Positions 10,539 through 24,289 of a DNA stretch of 52,765 nucleotides are shown here, piece by piece (position 1 is the stretch's first letter; each line of letters starts with the position of its first letter). A program made the translations under genes and the position numbers. The notes below the pieces were generated by a model. It saw only the letters and a list, made by a program, of their open reading frames with translations. It was not told where the DNA came from and made no database searches. Location of the stretch: assembly GCA_018398765.1 (NCBI GenBank), contig JAHBMJ010000233.1, positions 1 through 52,765 on the forward strand, read 5' to 3'. The DNA comes from Chromera velia (taxonomy: Eukaryota).

Positions 10539-12743
10539 ATGGCAGCTCTTCGGGGGGTGGAGCGGGGGGCTTCTTTGTATGCCCTCGTCAGGAATGATGC
10601 AGCCCCCCACGGTGGTGGTGTGTCTGGAGACGAGCAGTCGGAAAGAGTACGGAAGGGGGTTGCGGCACACCGAGCGAAGCTCCTGAAGATGTTAAACTTT
10701 AGTCCGGTGGTGCCTGCTCCAACTGACGCCGTGGCGGTTGAAGAGATTGAAAGGCTGCAGGACCAGACAGAAGCTCTCCATGGTCCTGACAATAGAGGAG
10801 GTGGGGGGGCACAGGGAGGAGAGGGAGCGGACTCTCGGCCTTCTGCTTCGCTTTCCGGCAAAGGGCCTCTCTTTATTGTTGGAGGGCAGCTCAGTGGCCA
10901 GGCGGAGAGGTCCTCTGTGCCTCCTCTTCCTCTCCACCTCTTCACTACAACGGTAGGCGTAAAGTTTAAGCAAGAGGGGTGGGAAAAGGAGCTCGGACCA
11001 AAACAAAAAGTCGGAACTCAATGTGGGAATATACAGCTGGGGGGTCTGTGTACATGCATGGAACATGAAAAAAATAAATATATATTGCTTCCCTTTCCCA
11101 CGGCTTGACACTCCCCCTTTCTCCTTTTCCTTCCTTACCCCTCCTTTTCTTTGCTCCTTCCTTGCTTCCTTCTTTCTTTGCTTCCCGCTTTCCTTCCTTC
11201 CTTCCTTCCTTCCTTCCTTGCTTCTTTTCTCTTGCTCTCTTTCGCCCTCTCTGGCTTTCTCCTGCGTACTCTCGCTTTCGCTCGCTCGCTCCCCCCCCAA
11301 CACCCCCTCTCTCTCGTCCACGTTTGTGTGCGGGAGGGCGCATCCGCGATCAGAGATTCTATGCAAGAGTGAGCACACTGCAATGCAATCCAATGCAGGA
11401 GCGAGGCTCGGCCCAGGCTGCCTCGTCGAACCGGCTGTCTGTTCCCAGAGGCCTCCCGGACGTTCGAAGACTCCAGAAGGGGGCCAGCCGGGCAGTGAGG
11501 GAGGTGGAGGTGCCGGCGCTGCTCCCTCCCGAAGTAGACGCCCAGACATTTCAGGTCCCTCTGCATGACGTTGTGCCATTTTCTCTTTCCTGGCGCTTGA
11601 TCCGTTTAAGTTGCGTGGTGCAGACTTTGTCTTATTTGGTACTGACCTTTTTCGCCGTATGCATTTCAAGAGTCTAGAGCAAGGCGAGAGACGACGGGAG
11701 GAATTGGTAGTTTTGGTCAAGGAATTCATTTGTAGAAAAGAGAGTGTAATTCTCGTCAAGGGAGACCGAACAAAAAAGGAATGGCGGATGCTTCGAAGAT
11801 TTGATTGAGGGGAAAGTGGCTGTTCGGCTGCATCGTGGAGCACTTAGAAAGAGCTGCTCGCATTCGTGCAGTGGAGGGAGGAGTGGAAGGAAGGAAGACC
11901 CAGGCAGGCACGATCCTCCCCCACCGCATGGGGTGCGTCTGAGGGCCTGACATGCAGTGTTGTGAATGACTTTTTGGATTCTTTCTTTCTTTGTTCGTGC
12001 AGGGGGGCTGGCAGTCGGCTCGAGAGAGGGGGTACAAGAGTGATGCTCTCCATGCAGTAATCACTGCCAGAGAGCTCCTCGCATCAGCCAATCATGGGGC
12101 CGGGGTCAGTTTGCTTTGATTTTGCTTCGACTTGCTTTTCTTTGTTCGTCCCAGTTGTTTGTGTGAACATCGGTACAATCACAAAGGTGTGGAGGAAATA
12201 ACGATGGGATAAACGAGTCAGCGACCGGCTCATCTGAGAGTATGTGATCTTGCATGGAGTAGAGAAGGAGAAAAATGGGTCAAACGGACGGGGCAAAAAG
12301 GAGACGGGGATGGAACAGTCCGGTAGTAATCATATGGCCAACATGTTTCGTTTTTTACAATTGTTTGTTCTTTTTCTCTGGTCCAGTTCTTTGTGTTTTT
12401 CTTCTTTTGGTCTTCGTCTGCATCTGCCTGATCATTCAAATGATCGTCTGGATTTGCTTCTGAACATTTCTCTCTCTCTCTCTCTCTCTCTCTTGCTTTT
12501 GTTGCAGAGAGGAGCCCCCTTCTCTGCAGGACCCGACCCGGCCAGACTTCTGCAGAGCTGCAAACTCTTGGCGCAGCTGTGCGGAGTCCCTAGCGCCATG
12601 CAAGTCAGTGGAGAGAGACAGAATAGAAGAGGAGAAGTGATGCTCTCTGCTTCGATCTGTTGTTTGCTCCCTCGCTGTCTCTCTCTCTCTACCCCCTCAA
12701 CCCATCCCTTCTCGCTGTGCGGACATGCTTTTACGTACGTACA

Positions 12744-12784
<41 letters not shown>

Positions 12785-13115
12785 GAGAGAGAGAGAGAGC
12801 ATGCGGGAGATCAGAAATACACGGTGGTTGTGTCTCTCTTGCATGCCATGGCCCCTCAGGACTCTCTCCGGTTCCTCTACAACGAGTTTATGCTGGCCCT
12901 GTTTGTCAACTTCAAACCGGGGACCGACGTTTCAAGGCTTGTGCCATTCTTCGCCAAAGCCTCTGTCCTCTCAGAGGAGTGCGCACTCTTGAAGACGTCA
13001 GTCAGTGAGTGAGTCATTCAGTCAGTTTGGTTTCGTCCCGACAGTCAATGAGTCGTTTGGGTCTCCACGGTGTTGGTTGGACCATCGACTGATTCCGTCC
13101 ATACACCTGCGTGTC

Positions 13116-13152
<37 letters not shown>

Positions 13153-16100
13153 GCGTGTGTGTGAGCGAGAGAGGACTTGTTGGGATTCTCAAGCGAGCAA
13201 GAGAGAACTCAGAGCAATCAGCAGAGACGGAGAGAAATTCAGTCAGTCAACCCTTACTGTCTTTTCTGTGCCTTCCTTCTTGCTCTTCCTTTCTTTGTTT
13301 CTTTCTTCGCGACAAACGAGACGTCCTTCCTGCAGAGAGATGCCGGCACGGCGTCAGAGCACTGCCGGTCGAATGGGAATGGACCTGCAATCCGACCCGC
13401 CTTCCCCCCTTGAGCGTGTGGACACACCCATTGCCCTTGAGGATTTCCAGCTAGGGGGGGCAGGAACAGAGACTGCGAGGACACGGACGCCAGCAGGAAA
13501 CTTAAAGGGGAAGACGTTGGAGAAGCAAAAAACTGGACGGAGCCAGGTTCAACTCCTTTCTACTGAAAAATGTGAGTGAATTCACTTGAGAGTCTGAAGA
13601 GAGTACAGGACCTGTGGAATGTCTAGCACAATCCAAAGAGCACGGAATTATCACAATCGACTTTATTCTTCTTGACCCTCTCTTTTTCTCGAACCATCTC
13701 TTCAAAGTTCGAAAACAAATCGCCCACTTCCAGGCACTCCTTCCATCCCTCTTTTATCCTCTCACTTGCCCCTATGCCTGCGTCCTCGCAGTATTCAACC
13801 TCCCGACCACCCGACCAGAGAGCACCAACTTCAGCCGCACTGGGCGAGGAGCCCTCAACGCGACGGCGAGGCGTCGGTCCATAGCCACTTCTCGGGGAGG
13901 CCTGTTGCCAGGGGGGGCAGGGGGCGAGTCGGTGTCCGAGACTGCAGAGCTTATCAAGAGACTGCGGCAGGAAGCAGACAGACTCAAGCTTGACTCTGCA
14001 ATCGTGGATGAGGAATTCAGGTCCGTTTTCTGCTTTTGGAGATCCTTCACCGTCATGGACAAGAAGAAAGACGCAAAGTCCAAACGGCGGTGCAGATCAA
14101 GCGAGAGAAAGGAGAAAAACTCTTGTAATGCATGCGTGAGTAGATCAAAGTTTTTGGAAGGACAGAGGCGATGGACAGAGGGGCTGATCCTGCAGGAGGT
14201 GGCCCGTCTTTTCGTCAACTTGTCTGTCTTACCTTACGACCTTTGCCAAATGCTCTGATGCCCCACGGGAAGAACCCTTCCCCATTTCCGGCGTCCTATC
14301 CAGCGTTTATGTGTGCATGAGCATTTCCCGCTTGCGGTTACTCTCTCGCTCATTTACACACCCAGCCAACCATGCAACCAGTCTTCTCTTTCTGCCTGCA
14401 TGCAGACACCTATCTCGTGACTACATTGGTCTCTCCTCTGACCTGATGATGGAGAGGGCCAAGTGCAGGGAGCTGCAGTCGAAGTTGACCTCCAGGGGGG
14501 ACGAGTGCAAAGAACTCCTGGAGGAAAACATGCGGCTGGTCTGTCTGTCTGTCTTTCTGTCTGTCATCTTTTCGATTTTGTCGCTCTCTATCAACAACGA
14601 GACGGAGGAAATGGAAGAAATAAATTGTCTGTCGATCCGTCTGATGGCTCTTTCCCCTGGTTGACGAATGCCTTTCGTGTCTGGCCCGTATGGACTTCCA
14701 ATGATCTTTCTCTAGTACGAACTCTTCGGGTGCCACCCCATTTATTGATGGCTCCTTGCACTACCTCTCCCCTCACGTCACGACTGCAGAAGATGGCGGC
14801 AGACAAAATGCAACAGGCGCAGCAGACGCAGCAGATGCGGCAGACGCCAGCACAGACGCTGAGTCTCCCTGTCGGATCGGCTTCGGGACGTCCGCTTTCA
14901 CCTCGACCCCCGTCTCCGTCGGTGAGTGTGTGGGTGACTGCATGGCTCGATCGATGACCCCTTCCTTCCCTTCTTTTGTCTGCTTGCACATCAGTGAATG
15001 CAATGTAATCGGAAGAAAGTCTGCTCGTTTGAACGAACGTGTAATAGAATGATCTTTTTTCTTGCCTCTCCTGTTTTTGCGGTGGTTCTGCTCTTCAGGT
15101 TTTTCTACCAAGTTGCTGTCTCCCTTCCCTTTCCCCCCCCCTCTCTGCATGCCTGTCTCGTCGAACCGATTTTCTGTGCAATTATTTCTCAGTACACCCA
15201 TTTTGATTCTTCAATTTAAAGTTTCTCGTCGATTCCTTCATGCTTTCATTATCGCTTCTTCGTACCCCTGCTTGAGCATCGTCGAATCAAAAGACCTCAT
15301 CTCACCAGGCAGACAAACCCAGAGTAAAGTTCTTCTTCATGTTCGGGTGCGTTCCATTTCTTTTTTGCCCCCTCACGGTCTGTCTGTTTTCTCTGCTGCA
15401 GCTCCTGACCCCGCGGTCGTCCCAAGGAAGTCCCCGTGCAAGTGGGGGGGCAGGGGGGGGAAATTTCAAGAAGGATAAGGAGGCAAATGCGGGAGCGCGC
15501 AAGACTTCGTCAGTTGTCTTCTTGGCACGCTCTCTTCGTCTGTCTATAGTCAATTTGCTTCCTTTATTCCACGCTTGCTTGAGATAATCTTCTGTTTCCT
15601 TGTTCTACTTATGTTTGCTGCACACGTTGAGGAAGAGGCAATCCAATCGATCAACTTTCCTTTCTACCCAAAAGTCTGATTTCCACACCGCTTTTCATGT
15701 GTGAACGTCCTGTCTCTCTCTCTTTTGAGTGCGTTCCTCTTCTTTTCCGCTTCGTTTTCTCCTCTCCTTTCTCAAGCTGTGATGCCGGCCATCGGTATTC
15801 ATTCGCTCTCGCACCTCACTTTTGTCTCATGATGACAAGCTCGCTATGCTACGTTGAGTTGAAAGCAGAAAGTGATTTTTGATTTGAGAAAGGCAACGAT
15901 TTTGACGAAGAGAAACAGGCAAAGGTGCTTGAAGATACGCAAAGGAGATGTGAAATGCTCAAACAACAAATCCTCCACACAGACAGAAACCTTGTGACAT
16001 GCTCGCTGAAAATCGGTTGAAAGAGGAAACTACCCATTGGGTTTCTGTCAATGACAGAGTGGATCTCTCTGACTGAGAGTGTCTCCACGTCTGACTGAAT

Positions 16101-17184
16101 GTGAATGTCTCCACGCGGCCCTCCCTCTGGCGGGCTTGTCAGATCAATCAATCGAGTGATTGGTTGCCTGCCTGCAGAGCAGCAAGGCCTTCTCTGAATG
16201 TGACAGACTCGAACGAGCTCAGGTTCGTCAGACCTTCAGACGCTGCAGTCCTCCAGTGCCAGTTCAAGGACTTCAACCTCTGCAGGTCGGCCCGTGGGTG
16301 TGGGGATGTGTGTGTGTGTAGACAGTGGCAGTGAGTGGTTAAATGTAGAAACACCTCGATGGACCGGGGGAAGGTTGAAAGACCCGGAGTCCATCAAGTT
16401 GTTCTTTTGGACGTCCCATTTGGACAATTCAGATGGCGCCAGGGCATTCGGGGGGGGGTACTCTGCCAAGAGAAATAGGGAAAGGGGAAGAGCTAGGCAG
16501 GGCCTTTCTTTTTGAAACGGCAAAACGGGACCGCTTTTCACCAGGCTATAGTTTCCAACAGTATGTTTGATTCAGCTTCGTGAACATGGGATTGCAGTCC
16601 GCCCCAGTCGATACCGTCTGTCTGTCAGTTCCTTCATCCACACGTCGATGGTGTGCTTTGCATGCTCCTGTTTGCGAGTCAGAGGAGAGATGAGGAGCAC
16701 TTTTGCCTTCTTCCTCCGTCTGTATGACTGCAAAGTATTGGAGAAACAGAGTGAATTCATGCTTGGACAAACAAACCTTTACTGCAGACAAGACATCAAG
16801 AGGATGATCGTGGAAGGAGCAGACAGGACAGAGTCAGACAAACTCCCTCCAGAGATCGCAGCAGCCATCAAAATCGCCTCGGCACTCCCCGAAATGGACT
16901 GCTTTGCGGGACCCTTTGAGTCTCTCGACGCGTTAATTCTCGAAGTGAAGGAACAGGTCAGCGAGTGATCAAAAGACTTTTTTGAAGTCCTGTATGGAGG
17001 GGTTGAGCACTTGAAGTTTGGATTCACTGGCCACCTCTATTGTTTGGTTCAGTGTAAATGCGAAGAGTTGGTATTTGAAACTCAGCTTCGAAACAACCGG
17101 ATTCAAGGCACCAAAAACAAGGTTCTTTTCGACTCTTGGATCAGTTTCACCCATTCTTGTCTCTTTCATTTCTCTCTTCACTTG

Positions 17185-17217
<33 letters not shown>

Positions 17218-17478
17218 TTGTGTCCGTGCAGGTGGTGCACCTCGTTGGCCTCTCAAAAGAGCAGCAGTCGTGTATCAAGAATCTTCGGAACGAATTAAGG
17301 TGAGGCAGAGCAGATAGGAGCAGATGACAGAGACTATCTTCTGGAGGGATGGATAGATTCGTGATATGAATGAATCATTGGTGAATTATTTCGGATGTTT
17401 ACTGGCACAGGGAGAAAGAATAACACGACGAAGCAGTTTGATGCGGATGGGCATGCTTTTGCTTTGTTGTGTGTTGTA

Positions 17479-17522
<44 letters not shown>

Positions 17523-20037
17523 TGTGTGTCCGCATGTATGTCTATGAGTGAGTGTGTGCCCGCATGCAGAGGCTGCTATGAGCTGGTGCCTCTATGGAAC
17601 AGGGAAGATTTCCTGAACGTTCTCAAGAGGACAGACTCGATGACGGTGGGCTCTCTCGCTCTCTCTCATTTGCGTGCCTGTTTGTTCATACTTTGTGTTC
17701 CTCTCTCGTTTATTGTCTTGGCGCACACGGATTACCATGGGGGCTGCATGGGGGTAAGGGAGAAAGAGGGACAAGGCGCTGGAGAGAGAAAAAAGAGAGA
17801 CCGCACAGCAAGGACACCCCTGAACAATTTTGAAAACAGTTTGCCCCACCATCTGCATGGAGTTCCATTTCGGTGTCACTCCAGCTGCACTCGAACGGCC
17901 CTCTTCGGATCATGCACCTCGAACTGTTCTGCTGTGTTGTGTCGTGTTGTGTTGTGTCGTGTTGTGTTGTGTCGTGTTGTGTTGTGTCGTGTTGTGTTGC
18001 GTTGCGTTGTGTTGCGTTGTGTTGTGTTGCGTTGTGTTGCGTTGTGTTGCGTTGTGTTGTGTTGCGTTGTGTTGCGTTGTGTTGTGTTGCAGGATAGCCC
18101 CGGAGTCCCCATCCCTACTGACAATCAGGTAGATATGTGTGTGTGTCTTTCTTTGTAGCTTCACGGAAGAACAAAAAGGCTCACGGGGAAACGCAATGAG
18201 AATTCAATGCATATTCAAGTGTGTGGTTGACGGCTTTTTTGTTTTTCTTGCTGGTACGTTCAATGAATAAAGGGGTTTATCAGTCGCCATTTGGAACAGC
18301 AATCGATCTCTCTCCGGATGGAAAAACTGAATTCTACTCATGCGCCCCTTGGTCATAAAAATGTCCATCCGTCCCAAGGTCTCTTTGCGATCCGGATTGC
18401 TCACTCTTTCTTCCCCTCTTTCGTTCTCCAACCCTGTACTGTGTTTTGCCTTCCTCTTTGCAGAAGTTCGTGGGACTCGGGCATGAAAATTACCTTCCGG
18501 AGGTTATGAAGACGGCAGAGCTTGTCCGAGTGAGTGAGTCCTCTCTTTCTGGTACTTTCTTTCGTCAGCTTGGACTTGCTCTTGTTTATTCGGACTTGTT
18601 TTCTTCTCTTCCGAGCACAGGTGGTCGACTTTCTGCCCAAAGTGAGGGTGTCCTCTTTCTCTCAGTCACCCACAAATACCAGGATTCTCTCCCTTCTCTG
18701 CTTGGTTATTGATCCTCTTATTCATATGCAGATCCAAAGAATCAACAACGCCGACCTCGCCAAACTGATCAGCGAGTTCTGGACAGAAAAATACGCTGTG
18801 AGTATGCTCTCATGTTGCCTGTTTGTGTCCGACAGCCTCGCCCAACGTGTAAAAGAAATGCAATGGCACTGGCGGAGTCTCACTCTTGTGGATTTCTCTA
18901 TGTTGATATTTCTGTGGAGACTATCTTTGCTTCATTTTTTATCTTCTGGGGCGGTAGGGGATTCCCAGGGGGGCATAATGAATTCCATGGCCGTTCTCTG
19001 CTTGCGCTTTGCTTTTCTTGTGTCTCGCACATCCGACATCTTGAGAGACCTGCTTGCCTACATACAGAAGCCCAACACAGCGAGAAAGAGGACCAGATAG
19101 ACAGTTGTATTCAAAAACCCCAGAAAACTGTCGCGTCAGTGCGAGCTGATAATTCAGAAGTACAAAAAGTGGATGGATCTCTCTGTGAATGAGAAGAGAA
19201 TCATGTTAGTCGGCATGTTCGCGCACCACCTCTCCTGACTAACCTGCATATATTTTGTTATCACCCGATTGGTAAATTGATCGAACTTTGTTTCATCTGG
19301 TTGCATGCCTTGTTTGCAGAGCACAGAGGAGTTCATCAGACTCCGGAAATCAGAGGAGGCCCGCCGACGCGCTCCCCTCACGGCAGCCTTTGAGGAGATC
19401 GAAGTTGAGGCAGACGGCAGCGAGAGGCTCAGCACGACTGAGTCTTCTCTCTTCAGAAGAGAATCATCGGTGGAAAGGGACAAATGGGCAAAACGGCCTT
19501 CTGGGTCCGGCAGTCAGGTCAACATTGATGACCTGGCGGCATCAGACAACTTCAACGTTCTGGCGACTTCAGGCCGCTCCCTCGAGGTCTCTCCTAACCG
19601 CCTCGCACCGGGTGCGCTGCCCGACGACATTGAGCTCGAAATGCTGGAGCCCCATATTCTGTCCGACCCCCCCCGTCTCCCCCAACTTTCGTCGAAGGAA
19701 TTCCTCACAACTTTTGCCAACAGGAAGAGGAGGTCAGTCAGATTGCATAAAGCCGACAGAGAAGAGAATAGAAGGAGAACCGACTATTCTTTCCAAAATG
19801 GATCAACACAGCAGCATACTCCAGAACAGCTCAGCTCCAAACCGCAGTCATCCGATGGCCGTTGTATTCGAAAAGGAAGAAGTCATTTCGGAATTGAAGA
19901 GCCGTTTCGTGGGAGTGAGAGACGGTGCGAAGATGTGTGCATGTGTGTCCGTGTCCGTGTCTGTGTTCGAGTGCGTTGTGTGTGTGTGTGTGTGTATGTG
20001 TGTGTGTGCGTACGCCCGTGCGTGCGTGCGTGCGTGC

Positions 20038-20084
<47 letters not shown>

Positions 20085-23000
20085 TGAGTGAGTGAGTGAG
20101 TGAGAATGAAAGCATGAGAGTGAAAGAGTGAGAATGAGAGAGGGGAGAAAGCACAGAAGGCGTTCCGCCAAAACTTGTTCAGCTGACCCCAAATATTTTC
20201 GTGTCTGTTGCTGCTTTGCCTTCCACGCGCATGCAGAGGGGCGGTGTTGCAGGCTGAGTTCGCTTACAACCTGGTGGACGGGATCCGAAAGCTCGAGGAC
20301 GGGAGTGACGGTTCTCTAACCTTCAGAGTTCTTGTTGGGTCCGTCCGTGAGTGCAAAGGAATCGGAACGGATTTGTTAGCGTGCTGGTAGATTTGTCAAA
20401 TTTGTCGCTCTCAGAAGCAACATACCCCTCGGTGCCTCTCTCCATCAAATACTGTGCGTATTCGTGCGCATACGTCCGACGAACTTTTCCAATGAGTCTA
20501 CAGAATCGTGAGACAATCTCTGCACCAACATGGAGGGGCAAATGTTCCCCCCCTCTTCTGAATGGCAGTGTGTGTCTTCGATCACGGGCTGGGTGTCCAT
20601 GACAGAAGACCAATTTGACCCTGCAGGACATGTGGTTATCGAATTTGCATGTTGTGTGTGTCCCTGCATGTCCCTATCCGTGTGAGAGAACCTGCAGAGA
20701 GTTCCACGAGGATGTTCTTCACGACCGTACGGCAATGATTGAGGAGTTGAAGAGGACAGCTGTCAAGGTCAGGAATCTACTTGGTAAAAGAAACGAATCG
20801 CTTCAAAGAAGAAGAAGCAGAAAGAAGAAAAGAGGCGAACGAACAATGGACAAGAGATTTGTAACAAAATAAACATATCCAAAGAAAAAATCAAAGACTT
20901 AAGCAGATCGACAGGCAGACAAAGAGACCAACAGGACACATAGGCAGCGTGTGTGTGGGCAAAATAGACGTGCATAGATAAAAAGAATAGACAGATAGAC
21001 GGGTAGAGAGGTATTCAGATAGAGAGGGGGAAAAAAGCAAGGAAGTAAGGAGGAGAAAAGGAAACGGGAGGGGAAAACAAAACTGTCTCGTCGTTTTTGT
21101 GCTGTAGAGATAATTTCCTGCCTGTCTTCCCGCATATGCGCCCGCCTCCTTGCCACTCTCTGAGGTCTCTTGTGGACACTCACCGACCGTCGCTCCCTCC
21201 CTCCTTTCGGTATTTCCCCCCCCCTTCACTGCTCTCTGAAATGCAGCTGTCTTCCCACTTCATTCATCATCGCCTGGACGAGGTGAGTGCCTTCCGTTCG
21301 ACCACGTGCATGCAGCTGTTCTTGTGTGTGGCGAGTGCATATGTGACACTCTGTGAGAAAGGTGTGGCCGGCGGATGACTCATTCCTGCTACTCTTCTCA
21401 CAGGAGCGAGGAAAGATTGAATTCCCTTTTCTCGCGACTCTTTGCTGGAAGTCTATGTTTGCTCTCCCCGCCTTCTTTTGATGGCCGTCTATTACATTGG
21501 TCTCCTTTTCTTCCCATCACTCTCCTGTCCTCTCCTCTGGTCGCTTCTTCCGTTCTGCACTGCACGGAGCCTTTATCCTGCATCCCCTCTTTCGCTCTTC
21601 TCTTTTTTCTTCTCCTGCTCTTCTTTCTAAATCGACCCGACCAGTCTGACACTGTCCTTTGACCTAAGTGCTCGAAGTGAAGACGAGCAAGCTGACTTTT
21701 GCTGAGATTGACATTTCTCCGTTCCCTTGCTCCTGGTCTTGCCTGACTGACGATGCAGGGAGAGATTCCCAAAAAAAGGTCAGTGCTTCTTTAAATTTCT
21801 GTGCAGTCTCATCACCACCGACAGCCTGCATGACTCGCGAGTCTTCCTACAATGTGCCCGCATTCATTCGATTTCGTTCATTTCTCCTTGTGACAGTCGC
21901 CTAGTCAAGCACAGATGCAAGCACTAGGGACGTGATGGAAGATCATCTCAATTCTCGAAAACAGAGACAAAAAAGTAAGAGGAGGCTTGAGCAGGGTCTG
22001 GCAGGCTTTCTAGATCCTCTAAGCTTTTTGTGTCCTGACGCGTATGACACTGGTCTCTTGTCTTGAATTCATTCTCCCCTCTTTTGACGCAAGCATGTGC
22101 AGAGGAAGCACCGACGTTCCTCCGAAGGGAAGTCCGGAAGGGAGCGTCCCAGGCATTCCGGGCAGTCCCGGGAAGTCGACGGGAGGAGCCGAGAGAAGCC
22201 AACCGCACGGCATTGCAAAGGGAGGGGCAGGAGGACCCCCTGCAATGACTGCAGGCGCGGCAGTTGCGGCTGAGGGCCTTGACGGTTTCCTTCCTTTTTC
22301 CTTCTTTTGTGGTCTCCTCAAAGTTTTCTTTCCAGGGAAGACGCAAAGGATGCGCTCGGCACTTCACAAGGTTTGTCTGTCTGTCTGGAAGGCTCATTGA
22401 TTGTCGAATTTTTGAATTTTCATGATGAGAGAAGCCCCTCTTGCTTGTATGGGTCGCCAGGGCCCTGTTCGGGTTTTTCAAAATGCGGAATCGATGCAAA
22501 AAGACGGCCAGAGCACTGTCAACAAACTTTCAAGATGAAAAAGAGTCTGAAAACTGCACGAACCATCGATTGGTTGCACGTGTTCCAAATTGGATCACAC
22601 AAAGCCCTTTTTTTTCTGTGTCGTCCTCTATCCCCTCTGCCCGCCGCCAGGTACTCCACGAGAGTTCGATTGAGCTGGGCGTTTTCCTCAAGCACCCCTC
22701 AATCAGCCTGGGGGAGATTCTGGAGCTCAAGAGAAAGTCCAGAGCAACAGCACAGGCACAACAGCAGCAGACCGCTTCCTCAAACGGGACCTCACAGGGT
22801 ACAGCAGGAGGGGGAAGGCAGGAGTCTGCTCCCACCTCTGACCAACGCCTCTCGTTCGGTGTGGCTCCCAACCAGACGGGTGCAACTCATTCCCGCAACG
22901 ACTCAGGAGGCACACAGACCTCAGCCAACCCCCCCTTAGCCAAAGAACAAGCAGGCCAGAGCCAACAACCCGCCCCTCCAGAGCAGCAGAGTGCAGCTGC

Positions 23001-24256
23001 GGAGAGTCCAAAGTCCCGGAAGGGAAAGAAAGTGGCTGCACAGAAGGATAAGAACGCGGCAGCTTCTCCCGAGGCTGACTACTTCCAGTTGAGAGTTGTC
23101 CCTCTCCGCCTGGCATTCGCAATGTCAGTCAGTCAGTCTGTCAGTCATACAGGATATCAATCCGTCTGTCTGTGCGTTTACAAATCATCGAGTCAGTCGA
23201 TCTGTCAGTCAGTCGGTCAGTCAGAAATTGCACATCACGGAAGCAAAAATCGTGAAAAAGAACGGTGAAAGGAAGCAAAGAAGAAACGAAAGAAAGAGCT
23301 ACTTACAGGGAGGGCGTTCGAAATCCTTTCCGTCCATCATCACACGTTCCTACAGTCCCCTGCATGAGAGCCTAGCCAGCCTTCTGCTGACTCAATCAGA
23401 AACTTTTGCTGCCTTCCCTTCCGTTCCCTCCAGGCGATCGAGGCTTCTGGACGAGCTGAGGGTCCAGTATCTAGCGGAGGTGGCAACGTACATGAGAGAT
23501 CTCGCACTGTCAGTCAGTCAGTCAATCAGTCAATCAGTCAATCAGTCAATCAGTCAGTCAGTCAATCAGTCAATCAGTCAGTCAGTCAGTCAGTCAGTCA
23601 ATCAGTCAGTCAGTCAGTCAGTCAGTCAGTGAGTCAGTCAATCAGTCAACCAGTCAATCAGTCAATCAGTCAATCAGTCAATCAGTCAGTCAGTCAGTGA
23701 CAAGCAAGCAGGCAGGCAAGCAGTCAGGCAGTCAGGCAGGCAAGAACGCAAAAAGATTCAGGAAAGACAAGACGAAGCAAGAACGCGCATTCGGGAATCA
23801 GGCAACACAAAAATGGAAGCACATGTCTGAGAGAAAAAAACAGATTGACATCACACACATGATCGGGCCTTTCCTGTGCCCTTTTCTTTTTTAGTCCTGA
23901 ATGTCCTCCAAGCGTCGTTCACGAAGGTTGGTTTTTCGCTCGTTTTCTTACTTAGACTGTCTTGAGGCATGCAGTCTAAGTTGAGATAGCTGTAGGTTGA
24001 GTCTGATTGTCTGTTCAACCGATTGATTTTTCTTTCTGGTACACTCCCTCGATCGCTTCTGTGTCCTTCCTTCCTTCTTTCTGCATGGCCCTCCCCTCTC
24101 TCCCAGTGCTCCTGCAGACTGATCCCTCTTCATTTTCTTCCATGCGTTTTCCTCTTGCCTCCCCCTCTTGCCCCGCTTTTCTCTCCTTGTCGCTCTTTCT
24201 TCATGCTTCCATGTGTGCATATCCGTATATGTGCATACATATTTGTGCAGCAATCC

Positions 24257-24289
<33 letters not shown>

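Noticed and set aside
10692..11843. 383-aa minus-strand ORF
   Set aside because: Antisense to two phase-consistent + strand exons and a pyrimidine-rich intron; no recognisable domain.
23509..23697. Regular repeat arrays as a possible CRISPR array
   Set aside because: 4-8-nt tandem units with no unique spacers, no cas genes, eukaryotic context.
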